The notes under the pieces: model-generated | What the model saw: the letters and a program-made list of their open reading frames with translations, nothing else | Told to the model about the DNA's origin: nothing | Databases searched by the model: none | Origin: Scyliorhinus canicula | Taxonomy: Eukaryota | NCBI RefSeq assembly: GCF_902713615.1 | Contig: NC_052158.1 | Span: forward strand, 144,567,862 to 144,631,861 | Length of the DNA stretch: 64,000 nt | Direction of reading: 5' to 3' | Shown: positions 49,801-63,030 of the stretch, in pieces | How positions within the stretch are numbered: the stretch's first letter is position 1 | How the letters are laid out: each line of letters begins with the position of its first letter | Made by a program: the position numbers and the translations under genes

Positions 49801-52425
49801 CCAGAGTGCTTAAGGAGGTGGCTCTGGAAATAGCGGATGCCTTGGTGGTCATCTTCCGGGATTTTATAGACTCTGGAACTGTCCCTGCAGATTGGAGGGT
49901 AGCTCACGTCACTCCAATATTCAAAAAGGGAGGGAGAGAGAAAGCAGGGAATTATAGACCAATAAGCCTAACATCGGTAATGGGGAAAATGCTTGAATCC
50001 ATTATCAAGGACTTTATAGCGAAACATTTAAACGCAGTGGCAGGATCAATCAGAGTCAGCATGGGGATTTGTGAAGGGAAAATCATGCTTGGCAAATTTG
50101 TTGGAATTCTTTGAAGAGGTAACCAGTACAGTCGACAAGGGGGAGCCAGTCGATGTGGTATATTTGGACTTTCAGAAAGCATTGGACAAAGTCCCGCATA
50201 AGAGATTATTGTGCAAAATTAAAGCGCATGGGATTGGGGGAAGTGTATTGAGGTGGATAAAAAACTGGTTGGTGGAGAGGAAACAAAGAGTAGGGATTAA
50301 TGGGTCCTTTTCAAATTGGCAGGCAGTAACCAGTGAGGTACCACAGGGATCGGTGCTGGGACCCCATATTAATGATTTGGATGAGGGAACAAAATGTAAT
50401 CTCAAAGTTTGCAGATGATACCTTGTTTGGTGGGAGGGTGAACTGTGACGAGGATGCAGGGATCCTACAGCAAGATCTGGACAGGTTGGGCGAGTGGGCA
50501 AACCAATGGTAGATGCAGTATAATTTGGATAAGTGGGAGATTATTCACTTTGGAAGCAAAAAAAGGAAGGCAGATTACTACCTGAATGGTTGTAAATTGG
50601 GAGAGGGGAGTGTGCAGCGGGACCCGGGTGTCCTTGTGCACCAGTCACTGAAGGTAAGCATGCAGGTGCAGCAGGTGGTAAAGAAGGCTAATGGTATGTT
50701 GGTCTTCATTGTAAGAGGTTTCGAGTATAGAAGCAGGGATGTGTTGCTGCAATTGTACAGGGCCTTTATGAAATGAAAATCGCTTATTGTCACAAGTAGG
50801 CTTCAAATGAAGTTACTGTGATAAGCCCCTAGTCGCCACATTCCAGTGCCTGTTCGGGGAGGCTGGTACGGGATTCGAACCATGCTGCTGGCCTGCCTTG
50901 GTCTGCCTTCAAAGCCAGTGATTTAGCCCTGTACTAAACCAGCCCCACTTGGAGGCCACACATGGAGTATTGTGTGCAGTTTTGATCTCCTTCTCTGAGG
51001 AAGGATGTTCTTGCTCTCGAGGGAGTGCAGAGAAGGTTTACCAGACTGATTCCAGGATTGGCGGGACTGTCATATGAGGACAGATTGACTAGGTTGGGAT
51101 TGTTCTCGCTGGAGTTCCGAAGAATGAGGGGGGATCTCATAGAGACTTATAAAATTCTAACAGGACTAGACAGGGTAGATGCAGGGAAGGTGTTACCAAT
51201 GATGGATGTGTCCAGAACCAGGGGCCACAGCCTGAGGATTCAGGGTAAACCATTTCGGACAGAGATGAGGAGACATTTCTTCACACAAAGAGTGTTGAGC
51301 CTGTGGAATTCATTACCACAGGTAGTAGTTGATGCTAAAACTTTGAATATATTCAAGAGGCGGCTGGATATAGCACTTGGGGAGAATGGAATCAAAGGCT
51401 ATGGGGAGAAAGCAGGATTAGGCTATTGAGTTGGATGATCAGCCATGATCGTGATGAATGGCGGAGCAGGCTCGCAGGGTCAACAGGCCTCCTCCTGCTC
51501 CTACGTGTCTATGTAACTCCATCTGCAAGTTTGCTGATGACACAGCTGTAGTGGGCCAGATCTCGAACAACAATGAGTTGGAGTACAGGAGGGAGATACA
51601 GAGCATAGTGGCATGGTGTAACAACAACAATCTCTCTCTCAACATAAGCAAAACTAAAGAGCTGGTCATTGACTTCAGGCACCAAAGCTTCATACACACA
51701 CCTATCAGCACCAATGGGGCCGAGGTGGAGATGGTTGACAGCTTCAAATTCCTAGGTGTGCACATCATCAACAAACTGTCCTGGTCCACCCATGCCAACG
51801 CTACCACCAAGAAAGCACAACAGCGCCTATACTTCCTCAGGAAACTAAGGAAATTCGGCATGCCTACATTGACCCTTAACAATTTTTACAGATGCATCAT
51901 AAAAAGCATCCTATCTGGCTGCATCACAGCCTGATATGGCAACTGTTGAGCCCAAGACCGCAAGAAACTTCAGAGAATCGTAAATACAGCCCAGTCCATC
52001 ACATGGACCTGCCTCCCATCCATTGTATATCCATCTACACCTCCCGCTGCCTGGAGAAAGTGGGCAGCATAATTAAAGACCCCTCCCACCCAGATTATTC
52101 TCTCTTCCAACTTCTTCAATCGGGCAGGAGATACAAAAGTCTAAGAACACGCACAACAGGGTCAAAAACAACTTCTTCCCCGCTGTTACCAGACTCCTGA
52201 ATGAGCCTCTTATGGACTGAACTCATCTCTTCACACATCTTTTCTACTGAGTACTACTATACTGTGTATGCTTCACCTGATCCCTGTGTCTATGCATTTA
52301 CAATGTCCTATTTATGCATGTCCTATGTTTTTTCATGTATGGAGCGATCTGTCTGGACTGTACACAGAACAATACTTTTAACAGTACTTCTGTAACTGTA
52401 CGTGACAATAAATCAAATTCAAATT
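46865..52425 (+). mobile_element. Rex1/Babar-clade LINE split by the CR1 insertion (pieces ~46865-47586 and ~51513-52425)
   Basis: [16 protein letters not shown]...DPLQFAYR...[12 protein letters not shown], continuing as KFADDT...KTKELVIDFR...KKAQQRLYFLRKL, ending in AATAAA and a (TCAAAT)n-like tail. Confidence 0.85.
47590..51512 (+). mobile_element. Near full-length degenerate CR1-clade LINE (ORF1 esterase-like piece, endonuclease, RT) nested in a Rex1 element
   Basis: IVIGDLIVRG...CLPGAGVKD (SGNH-like ORF1), CLNARSICNK...ITETWL and MGDFN (APE endonuclease), RT motifs, many stops. SINE inserted at ~50768-50946. Confidence 0.9.
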
Positions 52426-54075
52426 CAAGCGTTGATCACCCACATTAACATTCCCTTTGTCTTTCATCGACGACATCTTTGTCCAATCTCCACCTATCGC
52501 TGGGCCCCTATCCACCCCCCCGCCCCCCCCCCCCCCCCCCCCCCCACCCCAACTACAGCACAAACCTGACCCTATTCCAGTTCTCTCCAGATTTGACAAA
52601 GATTCAGCCACACACAAAACGTTAGTTCCACAGATGCTGTCAGACCTGCTGAGTTTATCCAGTATTTTCTATTTTTGCTCGTTGCTCTTGTACTCTATAG
52701 CCTGGTCTTTTCTTGCACTCTCTGCCCCTGGGGCGGCACAGTGGTTCGCACTGCTGCCTCCCAGCTCCAGGGTCCCAGGTTCAATTCCAGCCTCGGGTGA
52801 CTGTGTGGAGTTTGCGTTTCCTCCCCGTGTCTGCGTGGGTTTCCTCCGGGTGCTCCGGTTTCCTCCCACAGTCATAAGATGTGCAGGTGAGGTGGATTGG
52901 CTATGCTAAATTGCCCCTTAGTGCCCAGAAGGTTAGATGGGGTTACGGGGATAGGGTGGAGGTGTGGGCCTAAGTCGGGTGTTCTTTCCAAGGGCCAGTG
53001 CAGACTCGAAGGGCTGAATGGGCTCCTCTGCTCTGTCAGGATTCAATGATTCTATGGTCACCTTCTTGTACTCTCTGTCCCTGGTCTCCCTCCACAAAAG
53101 CTTTGTTTTTTGGGGGGATGTGGGTATCGCTGATTGCCCGTCCCTAATTTTCCATAAGTAAGTGGCTCGCTAGGCCATTGCAGAGAGCAGTTAAGAGTCA
53201 ACCATATTGTGTGGGTCTAGAGCCACAGGTAGGCCAGACAGGGTAAGCCTGGCAGATTTCTCTCCCTAAAAGGCATTAGAGAACCAGATGTGTTTTTATG
53301 ACAATCGATGATAGTTTCATGGCCGCCATTATTGAGACTAGCTTTTAATGCCAAACTTATTCATTGAGTTTAAATTCCACCAGCTGCCATGGTGGGATTT
53401 GAGCCTATGTCATCAGGGGAATAATCTGGGTCCCGGGATTACTAATCCAGTGACGTTACAACTAAGCCACTGTCTCCCATCAAGTCCCTCATTTTTGGAG
53501 CTTTCCAAGAAGGGACTGAACTTCCCTTTGCCTGTTACAAGACAAATGATGGCTAGGGAGCAGAGGCCAAGTGGAGGTGGGAATATCCGATGGGGGCTGT
53601 TGCTGCTCCCTCAGTTTGAGCAGCGACACAGGGCACCCACAGACACATATGAACTTGAGATCTACTGACCCCCACAATTCTGTAGGTCAGAATTGATTCT
53701 GGGATGACATGGTCCGGGGTGTGGGAAGGAGAATGAGATATGGATGGCTGAATATTAACGTAGACTTTGGGGCCCCTGTTGAGGAGAGCAAATGAGGGCT
53801 CTGAGCCTGCACTGACTGACAGTGAGGCTGGCTGAGGAATATTCCGGAAGGCAACCTCCATGCTCACTGCTCCATTAAGGATGGAAGGCAGGCTCCTGAA
53901 GGTGCTGGCCCAATCAGGATTAATGGCAACTCTGAAGCTTCGGCATTCAGAATGGGAGAGGCGTGGAAGGCTGGAGATTGAGATGGCACCTCAACGTGGA
54001 GGCACTCTCAGAGAGATGAGTTTAAAATAAGAATTTTAAAAGATCGAATGGAAGGGGAAACCCCTCTGAATGGCT

Positions 54076-55110
54076 TAGAACATAGAACATTACAGCGCAG
54101 TACGGGCCCTTCGGCCCTCGATGTTACGCCGACCTGTGAAACCATCTGAAGCCTATCTGACCTACACTATTCCATTTTCATCCATATGTCTATCCAGTGA
54201 CCACTTAAATGCCCTTAAAGTTGGCGAGTCTACTACTGTTGCAGGCAGGGCGTTCCACACCCCTACTACTCTCTGAGTAAAGAAACTGCCTCTGACATCT
54301 GTCCTATATCTACCACCCCTCAATTTAAAGCTATGTCCCCTCGTGTTGGTCATCACCATCCGAGGAAAAAGACTCTCACTGTCCACCCTATCTAACCCTC
54401 TGACTATCTTATATGTCTCTATTTTTTTTAAAATAAATTTAGAGTACCCAATTCATTTTTTCCAATTAAGGGGCAATTTAGCGTGGCCAATCCACCTAGC
54501 CGGCACATCTTTGGGTTGTGGGGGTGAAACCCACGCAGACACGGGGAGAATGTGCAAACTCCACACCGACAGTGACCCAGAGCCAGGATCGAACCTGGGA
54601 CCTCGGCGCCATGAGGCTGCAGTGCTAACCCACTGCCCCACCGTGCTGCCCCTTATATGTCTCTATTAAGTCACCTCTCAGCCTTCTCCTCTCCAACGAA
54701 AACAACCTCAAGTCCCTGAGCCTTTCCTCGTAAGACCTTCCCTCCATACCAGGCAACATCCTAGTAAATCTCCTCTGAACCCTTTCCAAAGCTCCCACAT
54801 CCTTCCTATAATGTGGTGACCAGAACTGCACGCAGTACTCCAGGTGCGGCCGCACCAGAGTTTTGTACAGCTGCAGCATGACCTCGTGGCTCCGAAACTC
54901 AATCCCCCTACTGATAAAGGCTAGCACACCATATGCCTTCTTAACAGCCCTATTAACCTGGGTGGCAACTTTCAGGGATTTATGTACCTGGATGCCGAGA
55001 TCTCTCTGTTCATCTACACTATCAAGAATCTTGCCATTAGCCCAGTACTCTGCATTCCTGTTACTCCTTCCAAAGTGAACCACCTCACACTTTTCCGCAT
55101 TAAACTCCAT
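54076..55110 (-). mobile_element. 5'-truncated CR1 with nested V-SINE (~54424-54651)
   Basis: MEFNAEKCEVVHFGR...LVRPHLEYCVQFWSP. The nested SINE is flanked by a duplicated CTTATATGTCTCTATT. Confidence 0.9.
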
Positions 55111-55532
55111 CTGCCTCCATCTGCTTCTTGAGACCAGAATTTCCTGTCCATAGTCCCTAATGAAGATGGAGCCTCAGGCTTGGATGCCCCTCCCCCATTC
55201 AGAATTGGTGAGGTGAGGGGCAAACAACTGTCGGATAAATGCCAGTGAGCTATCAGAATTGCCCTCTATTAAGATTTCAAATATGGCTCATTTTCCGCCT
55301 CTGTTTAATGGAGAGACAATTCCATCTGCTGGCCGGCCTCTGGGAAACATCCCCAGGAATTGTGTCTATCAGCCATTCTGATATGACTCCCTGCTAACAT
55401 TCTGCCCCAAGCCCACCCACCATGCACCTGGAAAACATATGCCCAAGGTTCCAGGCCTGCTGTTGGCATCAGCAATGGCCCTTCCCATCATGGACAGCAT
55501 TACTCTGTCATTGGGTTAGAGCATACAAGTAT

Positions 55533-57326
55533 TGTCATAAGCTTTGCTCAAAACCTGAGGAGTCTCAGGTCCAACACGATTGTTTACTCTTCCATCATAG
55601 GGTGGGAGAGAGCTATATTGAAGGATCACTGAGGCAGCACTCTTCCAGTCTACAGAGTTGCAGTAACTTTATACACTGACAGTCACATACGCAGACCATT
55701 ATTCAGGTGTCATGGTTCACAGATAGTCTCTCTCCTGGCTTAGGCACCATCTGTCCTCCCAGATTATTCCCACAGGCCCTACCTAATCTTTATTTTGATG
55801 TCTGTTAGTATGATCCCAGCGATCTCAGAATGGAACATTGGCTCAAAAGACCGCATCTATTATTTTTTAAATAAAATGTGGACAACTACAGTCACAGGAC
55901 AGATATTAGTTTTAACAAGAAAAAACATTTATTAAACATGGAAAAATTGGATTGTATTCCTTTATTCTTCCCTTAGCTTAACAATCACAAACAGGTCTTA
56001 AGGTGAACACAGGTGACAAAGTCCATTTGAAGCTGCAATGTTCTAATTGACAAAGTCCTTTTGATGCACACAAAATCTTTGTGGTCAAACACACACTCCC
56101 CTCTGAAACGCCAGGTGAACGCCTGTGGATGCATCCTCAGAATCTCCCCAGATGATTGTCATTTGACAGTTTTCAAACTCCAGTCCCACAACGCACTTTA
56201 AAATCTTCTCTCAGAATCATGCTTTCCGTTAGTGGTTTGCATTCTGAAATCTGGTCCACGTTCTCCAAAAGGCTCTTCTCAACAGAGCTTCCGCTTCACT
56301 TTTACCAGGAAATCCAGTCCAGGGTTTTACACCAACCCCTTTCAGGATTCCTTGGTCTTGAAGGCTTCTGTACAAACACTGCGGTGCAGCCAATACTGTC
56401 TTCCCAATTACTTTAAAATGTGTTTCCAGACTGTAGTAAGACATTCCAAACTTTAGGATAACTTTAAAATCCTTTGGATCAGTATAAATACCTTAAGAAA
56501 CCTATCTTCTTATCAGCTGATTCCTTCTTAGCTTTGACTGGGTTGCCCATGAACAGTATCCTGTGCTAATTTCAGGTTCCTAGAACAAACTGTCTTTTAG
56601 TTCCATTGGAGCTTGCTTTCTTACACATTACTCCATTTTACAACTTTCCCTGCTTAAGCAGAGCTATGAGGGCTGCTGTCTCACCCTCTCCCTGTCTCCA
56701 TCTGCTGAGGCATTCAGTTTTTTAAAAACTAAGAACAAAGGAAAGCCTTTTGAAATCCTGACACTGCCCCGGTTGCTAAGCAACCACTTATCCTTCTCTA
56801 TGCTTCGATTTATTTTTCACGCCTGTAATAATTTGCTGTCACAAGTAGGCTTATATTAATACTGCAATGAAGTTACTGTGAAAAGCCCCTAGTCGCCAGA
56901 TTCCGGCGCCTGCTCGGGCGCACTGAGGGTGGAATTCAGAATGTCCAAATTACCTAACAAGCACATCTTTCAGGACTTGTGCCAGGAAACCGGAGCACCC
57001 GGAGGAAACCCACGCAGACACAGGGAGAATGTGCAGACTCCGCACAGACAGTGACCCAAGCCGGGTATCGAACCTGGGACCATGGCGTTGTGAAGCAACA
57101 GTGCTCACAACGGTGCTACCGTGCCACCTTAGCCCTCTCTAAGCACAATAAATTCCGAGTTTGAATTGAACCTAACCCCCACACATACAGAGACCTTTAT
57201 CCAGCATAATCCAGCTATAGGTCCCTTCCAGGCACAGAAACATTAAATTAAACCCACCTAAAACTAGACCTTATTTCTACTGTTTACCCATATAAATCCC
57301 TTAAAACTATCTTTGTTTCCCTAACA
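55533..57326 (-). mobile_element. Probable long LTR-like repeat with nested SINE (~56825-57128)
   Basis: TGT...ACA-type ends and poly(A)-signal-like TTTATT near the left end. TSD not clear, boundaries approximate. Confidence 0.4.
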
Positions 57327-58083
57327 CTTTCTTTCTACAATAAACAGCCATCGCCTTGCATTAGAATGTGGAAACTCATCACACTCATATGCACTGGTTT
57401 TGAAGTGAAAATTCAATTGTGCAAAGTTGACTGCTTATGTAAGCATTCTGCTCGTGGCATCTTTTATTCCTTGTGCATGAATATTGGTTACAATCCCTTT
57501 TAAATAAATTCATATTAGTTTCATTCATTTTTATTTCCTTATGCAGGTATCCCTCTCCCATTCTGGTTAGTTGCTGCCATCTCCGTTTCTGTAGCAGCTT
57601 CTCCTGCGATGGATGTGAATGTGTGTCAATAAGTGTTGAGTATTTGAGTGATGTGGCTGTCATGGTTGAATAGCTGGCAATATGTGCAACCTGTGAGGTT
57701 GCAGCGCTAATTCTGTGAGGCTGCAGTGTAGCCCAGGAATGTAAGGTTTAAGTCCTGTTTGGCAGAGGTTACTGAGGTGAATGGTGGGATTTAGGCTGGA
57801 CATACAGTTAGTGGGATGTGGCATTTCTGACCTTGACCACATCTGCAAGGTCAATAAACCTCTTCCGGCACTGCATCCAGGTAGTCTGGGCTAGAGTCCT
57901 GGCATTAACCTCTGCTGCTACATTTTCCCATTGATTTCATTGAATGGCAGAATAGACACGAGGGACTCAATGGTTTACATCTGTTTTTCTGTCCTTCATT
58001 TCCTGCATTTGCAGTGTAGCGCTCCCACATTTGGCCATTCTTCTTCTTTGATAAATCTGAAATAAAACTATCATCTCAGATTA

Positions 58084-58262
58084 TGAAATGAAAATCGCTT
58101 ATTGTCACAAGCAGGCTTCAAATGACGTTACTGTGAAAAGTCCCTAGTCGCCGTATTCCGGCATCTGTTCGGGGAGGCTGGTACGGGAATTGAACCCGCG
58201 CTGCTGGCCTGCATTGGTCTGCTTTAAAAGCCAGCTATTTAGCCCTGTGCTAAACCAGCCCC
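58084..58262 (-). mobile_element. Second SINE family with GGGGCTGGTTTAGCAC head and (TTTCA)n tail
   Basis: Similar copies at ~3649-3834, 44689-44835, 50768-50946 and 63750-63866. Confidence 0.8.
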
Positions 58263-58875
58263 TATGGGTAAACATTAGAAATAAGGTATGGTTTTAGGTG
58301 GGTTTAATTTAATGTTTCTGTGCCTGGAAGGGACCTATAGCGAGATTATACTGGATAAAGCCCAGATTAGAACCAGAGGGAAGTTATGGTGCTGAAAGAG
58401 GCCCATTCAGCCCATTTTGTCTGTGCTGGCCAAAAACAAGGAACAAGAAACTAGCCATTCATTTAAACCCCATTTTCATTATTGCAAAAATCTGTCTGGC
58501 TCATTAATATCTTTTGGGAAGGAAACCTACCATTCTTACCTAGCATGGGGCAGCACGGTAGCATTGTGGATAGCACAATTGCTTCACAGCTCCAGGGTCC
58601 CAGGTTCGATTCCGGCTTGGGTCACTGTCTGTGCGGAGTGTGCACATTCTCCCCGTGTGTGCGTGGGTTCTCTCCGGGTGCTCCGGTTTCCTCCCACAGT
58701 CCAAAGATGTGCAGGTTAGGTGGATTGGCCAGGCTAAATTGCCCTTAGTGTTGGGTGGGGTTACTGGGTTATAGGGATAGGGTGGAGGTGTTAACCTTGG
58801 GTAGGGTGCTCTTTCCAGGACCCGGTGCAGACTCGATGGGCCGAATGGCCTCCTTCTGCACTGTAAATTCTATGT

Positions 58876-60530
58876 AAAGAGAAGGACTCGGTGGATGATG
58901 AGTCTGGGGAAGGGTGTGTAGATAGTCTGGGTCACATTGAGATCAAAAAGGAGGTATTGGGTGTCTTGAAAAACATTAATGTAGATTAGTCCCCCAGAGC
59001 CCAATGGGATCTACCCCAGTATACTGAGGGACACAAGAGAGGAAATTTGCTTGGACCTTCACAGAAATCATTGTATCCTCACTGACTCCAGGTGAGGTTC
59101 CGGAGGATTGGAGAAAAGCTGACGTTCCTTTGTTTAAGAAGGGTTGCAAGGATAATCCAAGAAATTACAGGCTAGTGAGCCTTACGTCAATGGTAGGGAA
59201 ATTATTGGAGAGGATTCTTCGCGACAGGGTTTACTCCCATTTGGAAGAAAGTGGGCATATTAGCGAGAGGCAGTATGCTTTTGTGAAGGGAAAGTCGTGT
59301 CTCACTAACTTGATCGAGTTTTTCGAGGAAGTGACGGAGGTGATTGATGAGGGTAGGGCAGTCATGTTGTCGAGATGGACTTCAGTAAGGCCTTGGACAA
59401 GGTCCCTCATGGCAGACTGGTACAGAAGGTGAAGTCGCATAGGATCAGAGGTGAGTCGGCGAGATGGATACAGAACTGGCTTGGTCACAGATTACAGAGG
59501 ATAGCAGTGGAAGGGTGCTTTTCTGAATGGAGGGCTGTGACTAATGGTGTTCCTCAGGCATCAATGCTGGAACCTTTTTCTGTTTGTAGTATATATAAGT
59601 GATTTGGAGGAAAATGTAGCTGGTCTGATTAGTAAGTTTGTAGACGACACAAAGGTTTGTGGAGTAGCAAATAGTGATGAGGACTGTCAGAGGATACAGC
59701 AGGATATAGATCGGTTGGAGACTTGGGCGGGGAGATGGCAGATGGAGTTTAATCCGGATAAATGTGAAATAATGCATTTTCGAAGGTGGGAAATAAACAG
59801 TAAATGGTGGAACCCTTAAGAGTACTGACAGGCAGGAGGATCTGGGTGTACGAATCTACAGGTCACTGAAAGTGACAACACTGGTGAAGAAGGTAGTCAA
59901 GAAGGCATACGGCATGCTTGCCTTCATCAGCCGGGGCATTGAGTATAAAAATTGGCAAGTCATGCTGCAGCTGTATAGAACCTTGGTTAGACCACACTAT
60001 ACAATTCTGGCCGCTACACTACCAGAAGGATGGGGAGGCTTTGGAGAGGGCACAGAAGAGGTTTACCAGGATATTGCCTGGTATGGAGGGCATTAGCTAT
60101 GAGGAGCGGTTTGATAAACCCAGCTTGTTCTCACTGGAACAGTGGAGGTTGAGGGGTGACCTGATAGAAGTCTACAAAATGAAGAGGGGTTTGGACAGAG
60201 TGGATAGTCAAAAACATTTTCCCAGGGTGGAAGAGTCAATTACTAGGAAACATAGGTTTAAGGAGCAAAAATGCAGAGGAGATGTGCGAGGGACGTATTT
60301 TACACAGAGGGCAGTGGGTGCCTGGAACTTGCTGCCGGAGGGAGTTGGTGGAAGCAGGGATGATAGCGACATTTAATGGGTGCGTTGACAAATACATGAA
60401 TAGGATGGGAATAGAGGGATACGGACCCCGGAAGGGTAGAAGGTTTTCAATTAGTTGGGCAGTATGGTCGGCGCAGGCTTGGAGGGCCGAAGGACCTGTT
60501 CCTGTGCCGGACTTTTCTTTGTTCTTTGGA
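58876..60530 (+). mobile_element. Degenerate CR1-clade LINE 3' half
   Basis: NYRLVSLTS, KSCLTNLIEFFEEV, MDFSKALDKVPH and FVDDTK motifs. Confidence 0.88.
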
Positions 60531-61109
60531 AAACATGTGACTCCAGATCGACAGCAATCTTGACTGCCCTCTGAAATGGGCGAGAAAGCCAATCAGTTGT
60601 ATCAAACTGCTACAAACAAAAAACTGTGGGTGTAGCTGCACCACATAGACGGCAGCGGTTCAAGCTGCAGCGCCTTCAATGGGGCAATTAGGGATGGGCA
60701 ATAAACGCTCGCCTAGCTGGCGACCCACACATTCTGAGAATAAATGAACAAGATTTAATTGAAGATGGTCAGCACGGCCGAATGGTAGTAATATTTTATC
60801 CATTTTTATTAAGGCTGAAGAATCTCCCCAAAATCTGGCAAAAATCAAAAGGTAGCCCCCTGAGTCTGAATGTGCTCTCCAACTTTGTTCTCTGGCTTGC
60901 GGAACCAACACAAATATTGACTCATTCGCCTCCCGTAGCAGATCATTGGAATTTTAAAGCATCATTTTTAACTCAACCTCAAACAACCTTATGAAGTATC
61001 TTCAAACTCGGGCAGCAGGGTGGGGAAGCGAGTGAGATAAAGCTTAAAGGATGTTTTTCAAGTGTTGAATGATTCATGTATGTGTGTGTATCTGTTCAGG
61101 AGGAGCCCC

Positions 61110-61330
61110 GCATTGGCTCTTATTGGTTCATTACAGGTTTGCGCCAAGGGGCCTCATGAACCCTGAGTGTAACTCGGACCTGTGGTGAATTATTAACAGC
61201 ACAAGATAGTTGTCATGGTGAATGAGGGCCTGTTGAGTCCTCTCTCCACACACCCCACTCCCCTTTGCTCCACGTAACCCAGGTTAATGTCATCAGTATC
61301 TGATCAGGGGGCGGCCGTATATATATACAT
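61110..61330 (+). promoter_or_regulatory. Putative core promoter of gene B
   Basis: Two reverse CCAAT boxes (ATTGG at ~61112 and ~61122), HNF1-like GGTTAAT half-site at 61282, GC box GGGGGCGG 61307-61314, TATA-like TATATATATA 61318-61327, about 200 bp upstream of the ATG. Confidence 0.5.
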
Positions 61331-61528
61331 ATGTAAACTCTGCCAGGGTTCAATGACTGCGTCGCTATTACCGGTGCTGCATCCAGCTGGGAAGTAACGG
61401 ATTTCCTCCTCCCCGTGTTTTTTTCTTTTGTTGGTTAATTTCGTTCGTTATTTCCCTCCCCGTTTGGTGCAGACTCAGGGGGCTGAAATTAACACCGGCG
61501 CTGAAAGTGACCCACCCCAGTCGGTGCC

Positions 61529-61705
61529 ATGTGCTACGGGAAATGTGCCAGGTGCCTGGGCATCACCCTCATCCCTCTGGCCCTTACCTGCATCATTTTG
61601 AACACTCTGCTTTTCTTCCCGAATGGAGAGACGGGCTACAACACTCCGGAGCAACTGGCGGAGACCGTCTGGTGTTTCAGTGGGATAATAGGATCCGGAT
61701 TGCTG
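61529..61705 (+). CDS. TM4SF1-like: L6/TM4SF family gene B, coding exon 1 (59 aa)
   Basis: Encodes MCYGKCARCLGITLIPLALTCIILNTLLFFPNGETGY...VWCFSGIIGSGLL; MCYGKCARC and FPNGET match TM4SF1. Kozak gccATG, phase-0 donor CTG|gtaaaa. Orthology (TM4SF1 versus TM4SF4 or another paralog) unresolved. Confidence 0.93.
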
Positions 61706-62206
61706 GTAAAATATCGCCCTTTCTTTCGAAAGTTGTCCTATTTTGCGGAGGGCGCGATGGGGGTTTTGGGGTTGATCCGAGTTTCCGTCACTGCGCCTCT
61801 CTCAAGTAGGGGGTGTAGAAACTTCAGAAGATCACAGAGCCGTCGGAGCGCAGAAGGAGGCCATTCGGCCCATCGTTTCTCCAATCCCAGCACCATGGCT
61901 GAGTGCCATAGTGTCATTCCCCTGCCTCCCCCCCGCCCCCCTCTCCCCAATATCATCACCCTGAATGCCTCCATTGAAATTTTGGTCCAAGATCATTTGG
62001 TTGGTATTAAAGTCACCAACAAAGGCAGCTTCTGCAATCAATACTTTATTGTAATGTTCTTGTAAAACATATTTCTGATTGCGCCCGTACAATTTCAATT
62101 TGTCCTCCTCCATTTGCTGTTATTCCCTCTTATCAGGCATTGTTTAACTGCAAGGATATTTTTATTGACCGATATCTAATATTTATCTTTGTTGAAATGA
62201 GGGCAG

Positions 62207-62296
62207 ATGGTGTTCCCGATTCTGGTGTTTATGGGAATGGAAAATAACGATTGCTGTGGCTGCTGTGGAAATGAAAACTGCGGCAAACGATTTGCG
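62207..62296 (+). CDS. TM4SF1-like: Gene B coding exon 2 (30 aa, canonical short Cys loop); the gene continues beyond the window
   Basis: cag|ATG...GCG|gtaaga, 90 nt. Encodes MVFPILVFMGMENNDCCGCCGNENCGKRFA, the hallmark L6 CCGCCG loop. Confidence 0.93.
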
Positions 62297-63030
62297 GTAA
62301 GATTTGCAACAATCGCCTGAACTTCCGCTACTTTTCACTTTTTAAAAAAATGCCTCCCTCCCCTCTCTCTGGTTTCTGCCAATGTCGAACCCTGTGGAAG
62401 ATCAATAGAGGAAGACCTGTTCTGTGAAGAAATGGGAGGGGTATAAGAAGCGACTATATGTTGCACAAGTGGTTAGCACTGCTGCCTCACTGCCCCAGGG
62501 ACCCGGGTTCAATTCCAGTCTTGGGTGAATGTGCGGAGTTTGCACTTTCTCCCCGTGTCTGCGTGTGTTTCCTCCGGATGCTCCAGTTTCCTCCCACGGT
62601 CAAAAGATGTGCAGGTTGGGGGAATTGGCCAGACTAAATTGCCCCTTAGTGTCCAAAGATTAGATGGGGTTTCGGGGTTGGGACAGGGGAGTTGGCCTGG
62701 GTATGGACCTCTTTCAGAGGGTCGGTGCAGACTCGATGGGCCAAATGGCCTCCTTTTGCACTGTAGAGATTCTTTGCCGGAACCCTGTACCGCCATTTCA
62801 GGCAGATTGGTAATGAGGGTCAGTCTGAATCTTGGGCCCTAATCATTCACTTCAAGGGGAAGATTTGCTCTGGTTCCCCAACATAACAAATTCAAGAAGA
62901 CCCTGGCCCACCTAGTTTGCCTTCTCCCATCCAAGCCGTTACATGATACAGTGATAACAACGCTGTTCATTCATCATACCCTATCAATAACTGCACAGAG
63001 AATGTTGACAGGACTTTTTCCAGAAATGGG

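Noticed and set aside
57530-57673. Strong acceptor-like site followed by a short Cys-containing frame (SCCHLRFCSSFSCDGCEC)
   Set aside because: No homology to L6 exons, no clear partner exon, and stops in the other frames. Insufficient support.
61706-62065. Remainder of the 178-aa ORF beginning at 61529
   Set aside because: Read-through into intron 1. Homology stops at the GT donor and the rest includes a LINE-tail remnant.
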